Translations under genes and position numbers: made by a program
From: Chiloscyllium plagiosum
Lineage: Eukaryota
Direction of reading: 5' to 3'
Assembly: GCF_004010195.1 (NCBI RefSeq)
Contig: NC_057720.1
Coordinates: 16,881,043-16,945,042 of the forward strand
DNA length: 64,000 nt
Notes under the pieces: model-generated
Database searches by the model: none
The model's input: the letters and a program-made list of their open reading frames with translations, nothing else
What the model was told of the DNA's origin: nothing
Shown here: positions 26,740 through 37,950 of the stretch, in pieces
How the letters are laid out: the number at the start of each line of letters is the position of its first letter
Numbering within the stretch: position 1 is the stretch's first letter

Positions 26740-27833
26740 TATCAGTTATTGAGTGTCCAGGGCGGGAGGTATCAGTTAACCACGTCCCAGGCGGGAGGTA
26801 TTGGTTATCCAGTGTCCCGGGCGGGAGGTATCGGTTATCCAGTGTCCAGGGCGGGAGGTATCGGTTATCTAGTGTCCAGGGCGGGGGAGTATCGGTTATC
26901 CAGTGTCCCGGGTGGGGGGTATCGGTTATCCATTGTCCAGGGCATGAGTTATCGGTTATCCAGTGTCCAGGGTGGGGGTATCGGTTACCCAGTGTCCAGG
27001 GCGGGGTTATCGGTTATCCAGTGTCCAGGGCGGGGGTATTGGTTATCCAGTGTCCAGGGCGGGGGAGTAACGGTTATCCAGTGTCCAGGGCGGGGTATCG
27101 GTTATCCAGTGTTCAGGGCGGGGGAGTATCGGTTATCCAGTGTCCCGGGCGGGGGGTATCGGTTATCCAGTGTCCAGAGTGGGAGGTATCGGTTATCCAG
27201 TGTCCAGGGCGGGGGAGTATCGGTTATCCAGTGTCCCGGGCGGGGGGTATCGGTTATCCAGTGTCCAGGGTATGAGTTATCGGTTATCCAGTGTCCAGGG
27301 TGGGGGTATCGGTTATCCAGTGTCCCGGGCGGGAGGTATCGGTTATCCAGTGTCCAGGGCGGGAGGTATCGGTTATCCAGTGTCCAGGGCAGGGGTATCG
27401 GTTATCCAGTGTCCAGGGTGGGGGAGTATCGGTTATCCAGTGTCCAGTACGGGAGGTATCGGTTATCCAGTGTCCAGGGCGGGGGAGTATCGATTATCCA
27501 GTGTCCAGGGCGGGGGAGTATCGGTTATCCAGTGTCCAGGGCGGGGTATCAGTTATCCAGTGTCCAGAGTGGGAGGTATCGGTTATCCTGTGTCCAGGGC
27601 GGGATATCGGTTATCCAGTGTCCCGGGCGGGGAATCGGTTATCCAGTGTCCAGGGCGAGGGTATTGGTTATCCAGTATCCAGGGTGGGAGAGTATCGGTT
27701 ATCCAGTGTCCAGGGCGGGGTATCGGTTATCCAGTGTCCCGGGCGGGGGTATCGGTTATCCAGTGTCCAGGGCGGGGGTATCGGTTATCCAGTGTCCCGG
27801 GCGGGGTATCGGTTATCCAGTGTCCCGGGCGGG
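26740..27833 (+). repeat. G-rich minisatellite, ~27-30 bp unit, roughly 37-38 copies
   Basis: The unit GTATCGGTTATCCAGTGTCC(A/C)GGGCGGG(G/A)n is directly visible in tandem. Confidence 0.97.
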
Positions 27834-27839
27834 TAAGTG

Positions 27840-27895
27840 CCGGTCCTCCGGGGCCGGGGGGCGGAGTTACTTTCGGCGGGCATTTTGGCGCTTTC
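27840..27895 (+). promoter_or_regulatory. CDC7: Probable CDC7 core promoter (GC box + E2F sites)
   Basis: GGGGCGGAG at 27858-27866, E2F-like TTTCGGCGGG at 27871-27880 and consensus TTTGGCGC at 27884-27891. This is the only unique CpG-rich patch upstream of the CDC7 exons. Confidence 0.7.
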
Positions 27896-27963
27896 TCCGT
27901 TTGTGTGCGTCGGTCGGTCCGGACTTGTGTCGGGAATCGGTTGTCGGTGCTCACTTTCCTTCG
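27890..27963 (+). other. CDC7: Probable non-coding exon 1 of CDC7 (start approximate)
   Basis: CpG-rich sequence ending in the donor TCG|GTAAGA (GT at 27964). The first coding exon begins with an acceptor, so an upstream UTR exon is required. Confidence 0.6.
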
Positions 27964-28339
27964 GTAAGAGCCGCCTTTAAAGACGGTGCTGAGCCGTGTG
28001 TGAGATATGGTTTATCTCGGGGAGGACTCTCAGGCCGGGGCCTCCTCTGAAGTGAAGCAAATTCCTCCTTTTAATTCAGTCAGAAATGTCTCCGTTTAAC
28101 AATATCGGAACGTTCAAATAAACCCGCAGGTTAAAATAAGGCAAAATTAGATGTGGATTGTTCTTTTTGGCTCATTGATTATACAGTCATTAGAATCTCC
28201 ACAGTCTGGAAGCAAGCCATTCAGCCCATCGAGTCCATACTGGCCCTCCAAACATCATCCCACCCAGACCCACCCCATTCCTGTAACCCTGCACTCCCCA
28301 TGACTAACCCACCCTAACCTGTTGGACTGGGGTGTATGG

Positions 28340-28510
28340 AGTTAAAAATCACACAACACCCGGTTATAGTCCAACAGGTTTAATTGGAAGCACTAGCTTT
28401 CGGAGCGACGCTCCTTCATCAGGTGGTTGGCAAGGGAGCAGCGCTCCGAAACCCGGTGTTTCCAATTAAACCTGTTGGACTATAACCTGGTATGTTATTT
28501 TTAACTTTGT
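28340..28510. mobile_element. Inverted-repeat Penelope terminal-repeat element (AGCT family)
   Basis: Arms GTTAAAAATCACACAACACC...TTATAGTCCAACAGGTTTAATTGGAA and its reverse complement. Confidence 0.75.
28391..28425 (-). ncRNA. Minimal type I hammerhead ribozyme motif (AGCT family)
   Basis: CAC-CTGATGA-A-GGAGC/GTC/GCTCC-GAAA-GCTA-GTG. Confidence 0.82.
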
Positions 28511-29739
28511 CCAAGGATGTGCAGGTGAGATGGACACTATGGGCAATTTCCCATGCCCAATCCACCAAAGAGTCCAGAACCTCAGCAGTTTCATGCCCCA
28601 GTGTCAATGGGTAATAGTACATTTAGGTGATGGTTTGAAGGTTAATTGCTGACATTTTATCTGAGGGTTTTTCTTTGATACTTTGGACAATTAAAACAAC
28701 TCAAATCTCCAGTAATCCAGTGATTGGAATGAGGTTAGTCAGGTGGACGCTCATAGCATGAGTTCCCTGATTTGAAATTGTTCATCTAGTTCAGTTATAG
28801 AGATGTACAGCACAAAAATAGACCCTTCGCCCATGCCTGCCAGATGTCTAAATAAAAATAGTCCCATTTGCCAGCATTTGGACCAATACTTCTCTAAGCC
28901 TTTCCTGTCTAGATGCATTTTAAATGTCGTAATTGTACCAGCTTCCACCAATCAGGGAGTCCTTGTTGACAGATATACTGTAAACAGCACTGTCAGAGGT
29001 TCTGTTCACTCAGAGCTGGCTTTGAGGAAACTGGATCAGTGTGAAGGACTCTCCACGTGTAAATAAAGAGTCACTTGGAAACTGGATACCGGCCTCCGGA
29101 GTTATTTCAAGAAGCTGGGAAATAAATTGGATAATCTGGTCCTTTTCATTGAAAAAGAAGATATTCCACCTCCACGTCCAGAAAAATCCAAGAGCTGCTC
29201 TGGTTCTTGGGCTGACGTTAGTCATTCAAATCAATGCCAATGCCAATAAAGTGCAGACTTGCATTTATATAGTGCCTCCCACAAACACTGGATGCCCTAA
29301 AGTGCTTTCCAGCTGATGTCGTCTTGAGGTGTGGACACTGCTGTTCTGTGGCTTCTCACAGCTTGTGGGCAAGAGAGGAGGGGAGGCTGCGAGATAGGTG
29401 AACATACTGACTAAATCACTACATGGCAGTGTTCAAGCTGTTTTGGGGAATGCAGTTTTAGTCTTTGTGGTTCCTTATGCTGACAACCAATGTAGGATTG
29501 GCATATACTGGAAACTACATATGTTGATACACAGGACCCTATTCACAACAGACAGGATATTTATACTCAGTGCCCCTGTTTCAGCATCAAAATGTTGACA
29601 GAAGTTCTCTGGTTCCTTTTCTAAGGGCAGTCCCTTAACCAATCAGAGTCAACCTGTCTGGCTAAAATTCAAACAAAGCTGGCAGTTAGCTGTCAGTTAT
29701 TATTAATTGGTGCATTTTCCATGGCAGTGATTCAACATA

Positions 29740-29872
29740 GGTAAAAGTGAGGACTGCAGATGCTGGAAACCAGAGTCTAGATTAGAGTGGTGCTGGAAAA
29801 GCACAGCAGGTCCAGCTGCTCCTCGGATGCTGCCTGACCTGCTGTACTTTTCCAGCACCACTCTAATCTAGA
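29740..29872. mobile_element. Palindromic Penelope terminal-repeat mini-insertion
   Basis: Inverted arms CTAGATTAGAGTGGTGCTGGAAAAG, with a 15-bp duplication CAGTG(A/G)TTCAACATA at 29725-29739 and 29873-29887. Confidence 0.85.
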
Positions 29873-30222
29873 CAGTGGTTCAACATATCAGACACTGCTT
29901 GCTTAGCAATCAGAACTCCTTGTACAGTTCAAATATTGTTTTGCCTTGATTTTGCTCTTGTTAATTGACCTGGTGAGTGCAAAATGAAAAGCTTCAGTTG
30001 TTTTTTAAAGCAACAAGGACAAAATCACAAAAGAGAATTCAAAGAATTGAGAGAAAACTAGCTTAAAGTCTTAAACACAGATTGTAAATATTTGTCGGCT
30101 ATCGATAGAAAAATAAACTACTGATGTGAGTGTACCTCCCTTGGAGGGCAAGACAGTGGAATTATTAATAGCAAACACTGATCTGGTGGAAACATCAAAC
30201 AGTTTACTTTGTCTGTCTTCAC

Positions 30223-30779
30223 TGTGACAATGCTGTCACTTGAAAAAAAACGAACGACAAAATAACTTTTTTTAAAGAGAAGTGGTAAAGGCAGAGGCAC
30301 TGAAGTGTCTAGTTTAACAGTGACTGTTCTCCCAGTTCAGGTTTTTTCTTGTTTGGTTTAGCTGTAGCAGTCGCAGGTGCTGGAGTCCAGAGAAAAGGTT
30401 CCCAGGTTTAGCAAATGACTTTTCTCTGAAGCCTCTTTGGAAGTTGTTCCCTCCTGCCTGTAAGGCTCTGTGTTTCAGTTTACCTTTTTGCCAAGGGATG
30501 TGTTTATGGAGCGTTACTGGATTGAACAGCTCGTTAGTTAAGTTGTTGTATTGGATTGGTTAAGTTTTCCAATAGTTAAGATATTCTAAATTCTGTTTTC
30601 TTTTGTTCGTGTTTCAACTGTAGTGTTTAAATAAATTCTGTTTTGCTTAAAGCCAAGTGGCTTGATCAGCTGTGTCACGTTTGGAAAATCCACTTCACAT
30701 CTGCTTTTAAAACAAGAAAAGTTAGGATCTAAGCAATGTTGTTAAAATATTTTGAGGGGGTCTGGCCTGGTCCGTAACA
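30223..30779 (+). mobile_element. Solo LTR (Gypsy-type)
   Basis: TGTGACAATG...CCGTAACA with a 4-bp TSD TCAC (30219-30222 and 30780-30783) and an internal AATAAA. Related to the LTR at 14223-14619. Confidence 0.88.
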
Positions 30780-32189
30780 TCACATTAGAAATCAAAAACC
30801 AGTAGTTGAAGATCAAGATGTAAATGCATCAGAGAAATTTAAACAAATCACACTTACCGAGAAAGAAGTAATGGGAAACAATTAGAAATAAAGTCTGACA
30901 AGTACTCTGGTCTGGATGGCACGTTCTGTCAGTTTTGAACAAAATGGCTGCAGAGATAGTAGCTGCATTGGTTATGCAATCTAAAATCCTAGATTCCTGT
31001 TTCATCAGTTTGAAAATTCGCAAGTACAACACCTCAATTCAAGAAAGGAGGAGGCCGAAAGTACCAGTGAACACACAATACCATAAAAGGAGGAGTTCCA
31101 GGCTTTTGACTTGTGCAGAGAAGTCCTGAAAATGAAATGACTGAGCTCCTACCATCTCAATGACCCACCTTTGTGTCAGGTATACCCCCAACCAGTACGG
31201 AATTGACACCCCCCCCCCATCCCCACAATTCTCAGTGACTCCAGTTTTGGAGATTTCCATGATCCTGCTCTCGAATGCAGTCAGACTCACCTCGCCTCTG
31301 GAATTCAGATTTTGGGCAGCAACTGGAATAAAGTCATGAACTCTGGTCCTTGTGGAACCCAAACTGAGTGTCATTAAGCAGATTATTGCCAGTGCTGCTT
31401 GATAGCACTGTTGATGGTAACTTGCATCAATTTACTGATGAGGGAGAGGGGACTGATGAAGCAGTAATTGTTTGGGTTGGATTTGTCCTGTATTTTTGTG
31501 TACAGGACATACCTGGTAGTTTTCCCATATTATCGGGTAACTGCCAACATTGTAACTGTACTGGTACAGCTTGTGAGGGTTCTGCCAACTTCTGGAGGAT
31601 GTGTCTTCAGTACTCTTGCTGAAATGTTGTCAGGGACCATATCCTTTTCCATATCGAATGCCTCCAAGTATTTCTTACATATCACATAGAGAGTGAATCA
31701 AATTGGCTGAAGACTGGCCTGTGATGCTGGAAATTTCCTGGAGATGGATCAACCACTCTTCACTTCTGGCTGAAGATTGTTGCATTTGCTGCAATCTTAT
31801 CTTTTGCACTGAAGTACTGGGCTCTTCCGTCATTGATGATTGGGATACTTATGGAGCCACCTCCTCCAAAAAGTGGTTTAATGTCCACCTCTATTCATGA
31901 CTAGATATGGCAGGACTGTGGAATCACTTCAGATATTTTTGGCACACAGTCCTGTTTTGGAGTTTCACCAGGTTGGCACCTGTTATGGACCAGATCAGAT
32001 TCCTCCTCCCCCAAAATATTTTGGGAAGGTAGCCTAGACTCAAAGTTTTTATTTTGAAGATAGATGTGAAGTGCTGTCTTCCTGACACGATGCAACTGAT
32101 CAAACTACTTGATGTTAAGCAAAATAATTTGTTTAAGCACTATAGTTAAATGCAAATAAAATAAAGAGGAATTTAGAATGACTTAACTG

Positions 32190-33350
32190 CAAGGTTTGTA
32201 GCTCAGGTTGAGGTTTAGGGTGTAGCTTTGTTCGCTGAGCTCTAGGTTTGATATCCAGACATTTCATTACCTGGCTAGGTAACATCATCAGTGGCGACCT
32301 CCAAGTGAAGCAAAGTTGTCTGCTGCTTTCTATTTATATGTTTGTCCTGGATGGGGTTCCTGGGGTTTGTGGTGATGTCATTTCCTGTTCGTTTTCTGAG
32401 GGGTTGATAGATGGTATCTAGATTTGTGTGTTTGTTTATGGCATTGTGGTTGGAGTGCCAGGCCTCTAGAAATTCTCTGGCATGTCTTTGCGTAGCCTGT
32501 CCCAGGATAGATGTGTTGTCCCAGTCGAATTGTTTTTTTTTTCCATCCGTGTGGAGGGCTATGAGGGAGAGAGGGTCGTGTCTTTTTGTGGCTAGCTGGT
32601 GTTCGTGTATCCTGGTGGCTAACTTTCTTCCTGTTTATCCTACGTAGTGTTTGTGGCAGTCCTTGCATGGAATCGTGTAGATGATGTTGGTTTTGTCCAT
32701 GGGCTGAACTGGGTCTTTTAAGTTTGTTAGTTTTTGTTTGAGAGTGTTGATGGGTTTGTGAGCTACTAGGATTCTGAGGGGTCTTAGTAGTCTGGCTGTC
32801 ATTTCTGAAACTTCTTTGATGTATGGTAAGGTGGTTAGGGTTTCTGGCTGTGTTTGGTCTGCTTGTCGTGGTTTGTTCTTGAGGAATCTGCGGACTGTAT
32901 GTTTTGAGTATCCGCTCTTCTCGAATACATTGTATAGGTGGTTCTCCTCTGTTTCCGAAGTTCGTCTGTGCTGCAGTGTGTAGTGGCTCATTGGAATAGT
33001 GTTCTGATACAGCTACGAAACAAGATAGAAGAGACATTTAATATCATCAACAACACCCTCACAGGCATAAAGTTCACCAAGGAGGAAAAAACCGACAACA
33101 AACTTGCATTCCTGGACGTCACAGTCGAAAGAAAGGACAACGGAGAACCACAAACCTGCGTATATAGAAAACCGACAAACACTGACCAAATACTTAACTA
33201 TACCAGCAACCATCCCAATACACACAAACGAAGCTGTATCAGAATACTATTCCAATGAGCTACCACACACTGCAGCACAGATGAACTTCGGAAAACAGAG
33301 GAGAACCACCTATACAACGTATTCGAGAAGAACGGATACTCAAATAATTC
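32190..33350 (-). mobile_element. Penelope-like element with inverted 5' segment
   Basis: - strand: LPYIKEVSE...NIIYTIPCKDCHKHYVG (GIY-YIG). + strand 33010-33350: IKFTKEE...LAFLDVTVER...VYRKPTNTDQILNYTSNHP. Hammerhead motif at 32256-32293 (-). Confidence 0.9.
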
Positions 33351-33360
33351 AGGATTAAAG

Positions 33361-33705
33361 GGTGGCAGGGTGGCTCAGCATTTAGCACTATTGCCTCTCA
33401 GCACCAGGCACCCGGGTTCGATTCTGGCCTTGGGCGCCTGCCCAAGTTTGCACATTCTCCCCATGTCTGCGTGAGTTTCCTCCAGATTCTCCGGTTTCCT
33501 CCCACAGTCGAAAGATGTGCAGGTTTGGTAAATTAGCCATGCTAAGTTATCCATAGTGTTCAGGGATGTGTAGGTTAGGTGCATTAGTTAGGGATAAATG
33601 TAGAGTAATAGGGTCAGGGAATGGGTCTGGGTGGGTTACTCTTCAGATGGTCGGTGTGGACTTGGTTGGGCCGACGGGCCTGTTTCCACAATGTAGGGAT
33701 TCTAC
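33361..33705 (+). mobile_element. HE1-type V-SINE
   Basis: tRNA head with GGTTCGATTC, V-domain and CR1-like tail. Confidence 0.9.
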
Positions 33706-34140
33706 AATTTAAAAACGTTAAAAAAACTAGAAAGCTTGTTCTGTAAGAGCTGGCCACACCCAGACTGTTTTTCATTGTTCCAGCTTCTTAAAAAAAACCC
33801 AAGGCTGTACAAATTGTTTACTTTCTTAGTGACAGCTCAATACCTCTGCCTTACAATCTCTTAAAGTGACAGCATCATCATCTCATTTTTAGGTTTGCCC
33901 AGTGCTGCTCCTGACATACTCTCGTGCACTCTTTACTCAACGAGGGTTGTTTCCCTGGCTTGATGTTAATGGTAGAGTGGGCAATGTACTGGAGTATGAT
34001 TTTGTCACTGCTGATAGCCCATGGCATCTCATGCGTGCCCAATCTTATGTTGCTAGATCTGTTCAAATCCAAGCCATTTCGAAAGGTGATAGTGTTGCAG
34101 AACACAATGTGAGATACTCTCAATGTAAAGGTGAGATATA

Positions 34141-34274
34141 CAGAGGAACCTCAATTGTCCGAATTTCGGATTATCGGAAGGTTCCGATGCTTAGCTAAAT
34201 TGTGTTACCCATCATTCGATTATCCGAACAAAATACTCCCTGCTCGTGTCATTCGGATAATCGAGGTTCTTCTG
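34141..34274. mobile_element. Tc1/mariner (pogo/Tigger-like) MITE
   Basis: TA on both sides and ~23-bp TIRs CAGAGGAACCTCAATTGTCCGAA / CAGAAGAACCTCGATTATCCGAA. Confidence 0.85.
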
Positions 34275-34371
34275 TAGTTTCCACAAAGACTGAGAGATGG
34301 TCTCTCTTACCAATACTGTCAGGGGCAGAGGAATCTGCAGCAGGTAGATTGGTAAGGATTAAGTAGAGTAT

Positions 34372-34590
34372 GAAACAAAAACAGAAATTGCTGGAAAAGC
34401 TTAGCAGGTCTGACAGCATCTATGTAGAGAAAGCACAGTTAATATTTTGGGTCCAGTTCTGATGTGTCATGAGCTGCAACACGTTAACTCTGATTTCTCT
34501 CCACAGATGCTGCCAGACCAACTGAGCTTTTCCAGCAATTTTTGTGTTTGTTTCTGATTTCCAGCATCTACAGTCCTTTGGGGTTTTTTA
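34372..34590. mobile_element. Older palindromic Penelope terminal-repeat element
   Basis: Inverted arms AAATTGCTGGAAAAGCT.AGCAGGTCTG.CAGCATCT. Related remnants at ~6100-6240 and ~9690-9780. Confidence 0.7.
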
Positions 34591-35127
34591 TTGGGTTATA
34601 TTTATATTTTTAAAAATGGATAATTTTACTCTTGTTGGTTCCCTCATCACCCATTCTAACAGAAGATGATCAGTAGTAATGCTGCTGAGTCACTTGGTGA
34701 ACATTTGAAATCCCCAGCTGAAAAATGTGTTGCTGGAAAAGCGCAGCAGGTCAGGTAGCATCTAAGGAGCAGGAGAATTGACGTTTTGGACATAAGCCCT
34801 CCTTCAGGAATTTGAAATCCCCACCCAAGGTTCATTTTGTGCTGTAGGCACCGGCAGTGATTTTTGCAAGTGGTGCTCAGCTTGAAGAAGTACTGCTTGA
34901 TCAGCTGAAGTGGGGATGGTATGTATGTTGTAATCAGCAGGAGGTTTCCTTACCCACGTTTAATATGCTGTCATGACATTGGGATCCAGAGTTGATTTTG
35001 AGAGTTCAGAGGGCAAGCCCCTCCTGAAAGTATACTACCGTGCTGGGTCTGTCCAAAGTTTGTGCGAAGATTTGTAGCTCGGGTGCTCGTTGCTGTGGTT
35101 CTGTTCGCCGAGCTGGAAGTTTTTGTT

Positions 35128-35167
35128 GCAAACGTTTCGTCCCCTGGCTAGGCGACATCATCAGTGC
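35128..35167 (-). ncRNA. Minimal type I hammerhead ribozyme motif in a Penelope 3' fragment (~35055-35300)
   Basis: GCA-CTGATGA-T-GTCGCC/TAGCCA/GGGGAC-GAAA-CGTT-TGC. Confidence 0.78.
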
Positions 35168-35466
35168 TTGGGAGCCTCCTGCGAAGCGCTTCTTTGATGT
35201 TTCCTCCGGTGTTTATAGTGGTCTGTCCCTGCTGCTTCCGGTTGTCAGTTTCAGCTGTCCTCTGTAGTGGTTGGTATATTGGGTGCAGGTCGGTCTGTCC
35301 CATCAGAGTGTTGGGGACAATGTTTGTAAGGTATCATACTGTGAGTATGTCCATATCAGGCTGTTGCTTGACTGGTCTGTGAGACAGTTCTCCCAATTTT
35401 TACAGTAGCCCCCAGATGTTGGTAAGGAGGATTTTGTGAGAACTGTATTTGCTGTTATTATTTTGG

Positions 35467-35690
35467 TTGAAAATGTGTTGCTGGAAAAGCACAGCCGGTC
35501 AGGCAGCATCTAAGGAGCAGGAGAATCGACGTTTCGGGCATGAGCCCTTCTTCAGTATGATTCCTGAAGAAGGGCTCATGCCCGAAACGTCGATTCTCCT
35601 GCTCCTTGGATGCTGCCTGACCTGCTGTGCTTTTCCAGCAACACATTTTCAGCTCTGATCTCCAGTATCTGCAGTCCTCACTTTCTCCTC
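35467..35690. mobile_element. Young palindromic Penelope terminal-repeat element with two opposed hammerheads
   Basis: ~90-bp near-perfect arms. CTGAAGA-A-GGGC/TCAT/GCCC-GAAA-CGTC occurs at 35564-35591 (+) and 35528-35555 (-). Confidence 0.88.
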
Positions 35691-35745
35691 GTTATCATTT
35701 TGGTGCCTAGTTCAGTGTCAGGTAGTGTGGTTTGCCCAGTTTTTG

Positions 35746-36052
35746 GGATTAGATTCCCTACAGTGTGGAAACAGGCTCTTCGGCCCAACCAGTCCACACC
35801 GACCCTCCGAAGAATAACCCACCAAGACCCATTTCCCCTCTGACTAATGCACCCAACACTATGGGCAATTTAGCATTGCCAGTTCACCTGACTTGCATAT
35901 CTTTGGGCTGTGGGAGGAAACCGGAGCACCTGGAGGAAACACACGCAGACACGGGGAGAACGTGCAAACTCCACACAGACAGACAGTCGCCCGAACCTGG
36001 GACCCTGGTGCTGTGAGGGAGCAGTGCTAACCACTGAGCCACCGTGCCACCC
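35746..36052 (-). mobile_element. HE1-type V-SINE
   Basis: Same head, V-domain and tail as 25093-25398. Confidence 0.9.
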
Positions 36053-36829
36053 CCATATTTCATAGAAACCTATAAAATTCTAACAAGTTTAGACACAGTT
36101 AACACAGGAGGGATATTTCTGATGACTGGGGATTCTGGCACGAACAGTCAGTCTAAGGATACTGGGTAGGACAGTTTGGACTGAGAGGAGAAGAAATTTC
36201 TTCACCCAGAGAGTGATGAGCCTTTGCAGTTTTCTACCACAGAAAGTAGTTGCAACCAAACATTAATGTTTTCAAGAAGCAGTTGGATGCTAAAGAGATC
36301 AAAGAATTTGGGAGGGAAAGTGGGAACATGGCTGATCATTCAACTCAGTCCCATGATCGTATTGAATAGCAGAGCAGGCTCAAAGGTCTGAATGGCATAC
36401 TCCTGCTTCTATTTTCTGTTTTTGTGTTTCTCTCCCTGAGCAAAACTTGCACATTTATTGACCATCTGGATGCTTCTCTTCTTCTAAAACATAACACGTT
36501 CTGTTTGTTTCCCTGTGTCATAGGACACCTCATTGCTCAACCGCAGCCAATATGTTTACTCTCTTCTACCTTCATTTTAAAGTAGTAAACTATTCACTTG
36601 ATTTTTTCAAAGCCTAATTTTAATGCATCTGAGCACATTTATATATGTCGTATCATCATTCAGAATTCAAGCATGAAACTAAACCAAGTCTCCAAAACAG
36701 TACAGAACTACAAATCAAATGTGAAGCTCTACACTTTGAAATCTAAGTTTCCAATTAATAACATTCTTATCACATCAGTTACATGAAGACCCATAGCAGA
36801 AACGCATGACCTTGAGTATTTGTCATCAT

Positions 36830-37950
36830 CAAACAGTCAACAGCAATGACTTCAATGAGTCCATCTGCTCCCACTTCCTTCAGACCATGGGCACCCACAT
36901 GGGCCCCAGCAATGCCTGCCTGTTCGTCAGATACATGAAACAGTCCATCTTCTGCAGTTACACAGGCACCATCCCCCACCTCTTCCTCCCCTACATTGAT
37001 GACTGTACTGATGCCTCCTCATGCACCCATGAGGAGGTTGAACAGTTCATCAACTTCACAAACACTTTCCATCCTGACCTTCAGTTCCCCTGGACCATCT
37101 CAGACACTTCCCTCCCCCTTCTGGACCTCTCCATCTCCAGCGACCAACTCAATAGGGACATCTTCTTCAAACCCATTGACTCCCACAGTTAGCTGGACTA
37201 TACCTCCCACCACCCATCCTCCCTCCTGTAAAAACACCATCCCTTACTCCCAATTCCTCTGCCTCAGCCGTACCTGCTCCAGGGAAGAGCAGTTCCATTC
37301 CAGGACATCACAGATGGCCTCCTATTTCAGGGACTGCAATTTCCCCTCCCACATGGTCAACAATGCCCTCCAGTGCATCTTCTCCACTTTCCGCACGTCC
37401 ACCCTTGAACCCCACCCCTCAGGGAACATCAGTGGGACGCACACATCAAACAATCCCACCACCCTTTGTCCAACCACTGCAACACTCCCTCCCACTCCGC
37501 CAAGAGCATGCAAGTCCTGGGCTTCCTCCACCGCCAAATCTAAGCCAACCAACAACTGGTGGAAGAACGCCTCATCCTCTGGACCCTCCAACCACATGGC
37601 ATCAACATTGACTTCACCTGTTTCCTTATCTCCCCTCTCCTCACCTCATCCCAGATTCAATCCTCCAACTCCGCATCATCCTCTTGAACTGTCCCACCTG
37701 TCCATCTTCCTTCCCACTTACCTGCTTCACCCTCCCCTCTGACCTATCATTATCAACCCCATCTGCATCTACCTATCACCTTCCCAGCTACCTTCACCCC
37801 ACCCCCACTTTCCTATTTATATCTCAGCTCCGCCTGTCCCCTCCACAACAAATACATTCCTGATAAAAGGATTATGCCCAAAACGTCGACTTGCCTGCTC
37901 CTCGGATCATGCCTGAACGTCTGTGCTTTCCCAGCGCCACACTTTTCCAT
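36830..37950 (+). mobile_element. Penelope-like element, deleted copy
   Basis: RT motifs HFLQTMGTHMGPSNACLF...YIDDC and LPLLDLSIS, then a C-rich terminal repeat with a degenerate hammerhead at 37860-37887. Confidence 0.85.

Larger units (their letters stand above)
31981..33880 (-). mobile_element. Solo LTR carrying nested Penelope and HE1 insertions
   Basis: Begins TGTTATGGACCAG like 14223 and ends ...CAGCATCATCA like 14619. The host LINE resumes on both sides. Confidence 0.7.

Noticed and set aside
1..27800. HFM1 coding exons expected from mammalian synteny
   Set aside because: No HFM1-like peptide was recognised on the - strand.
26740..27833. CRISPR-like repeat array
   Set aside because: The units are directly tandem with no unique spacers, there are no cas genes, and the context is eukaryotic.
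26671..28050. 459-aa, 275-aa and 181-aa repetitive ORFs
   Set aside because: They are translations of a stop-poor minisatellite that is open in several frames, and the longest one starts inside a Penelope fragment.
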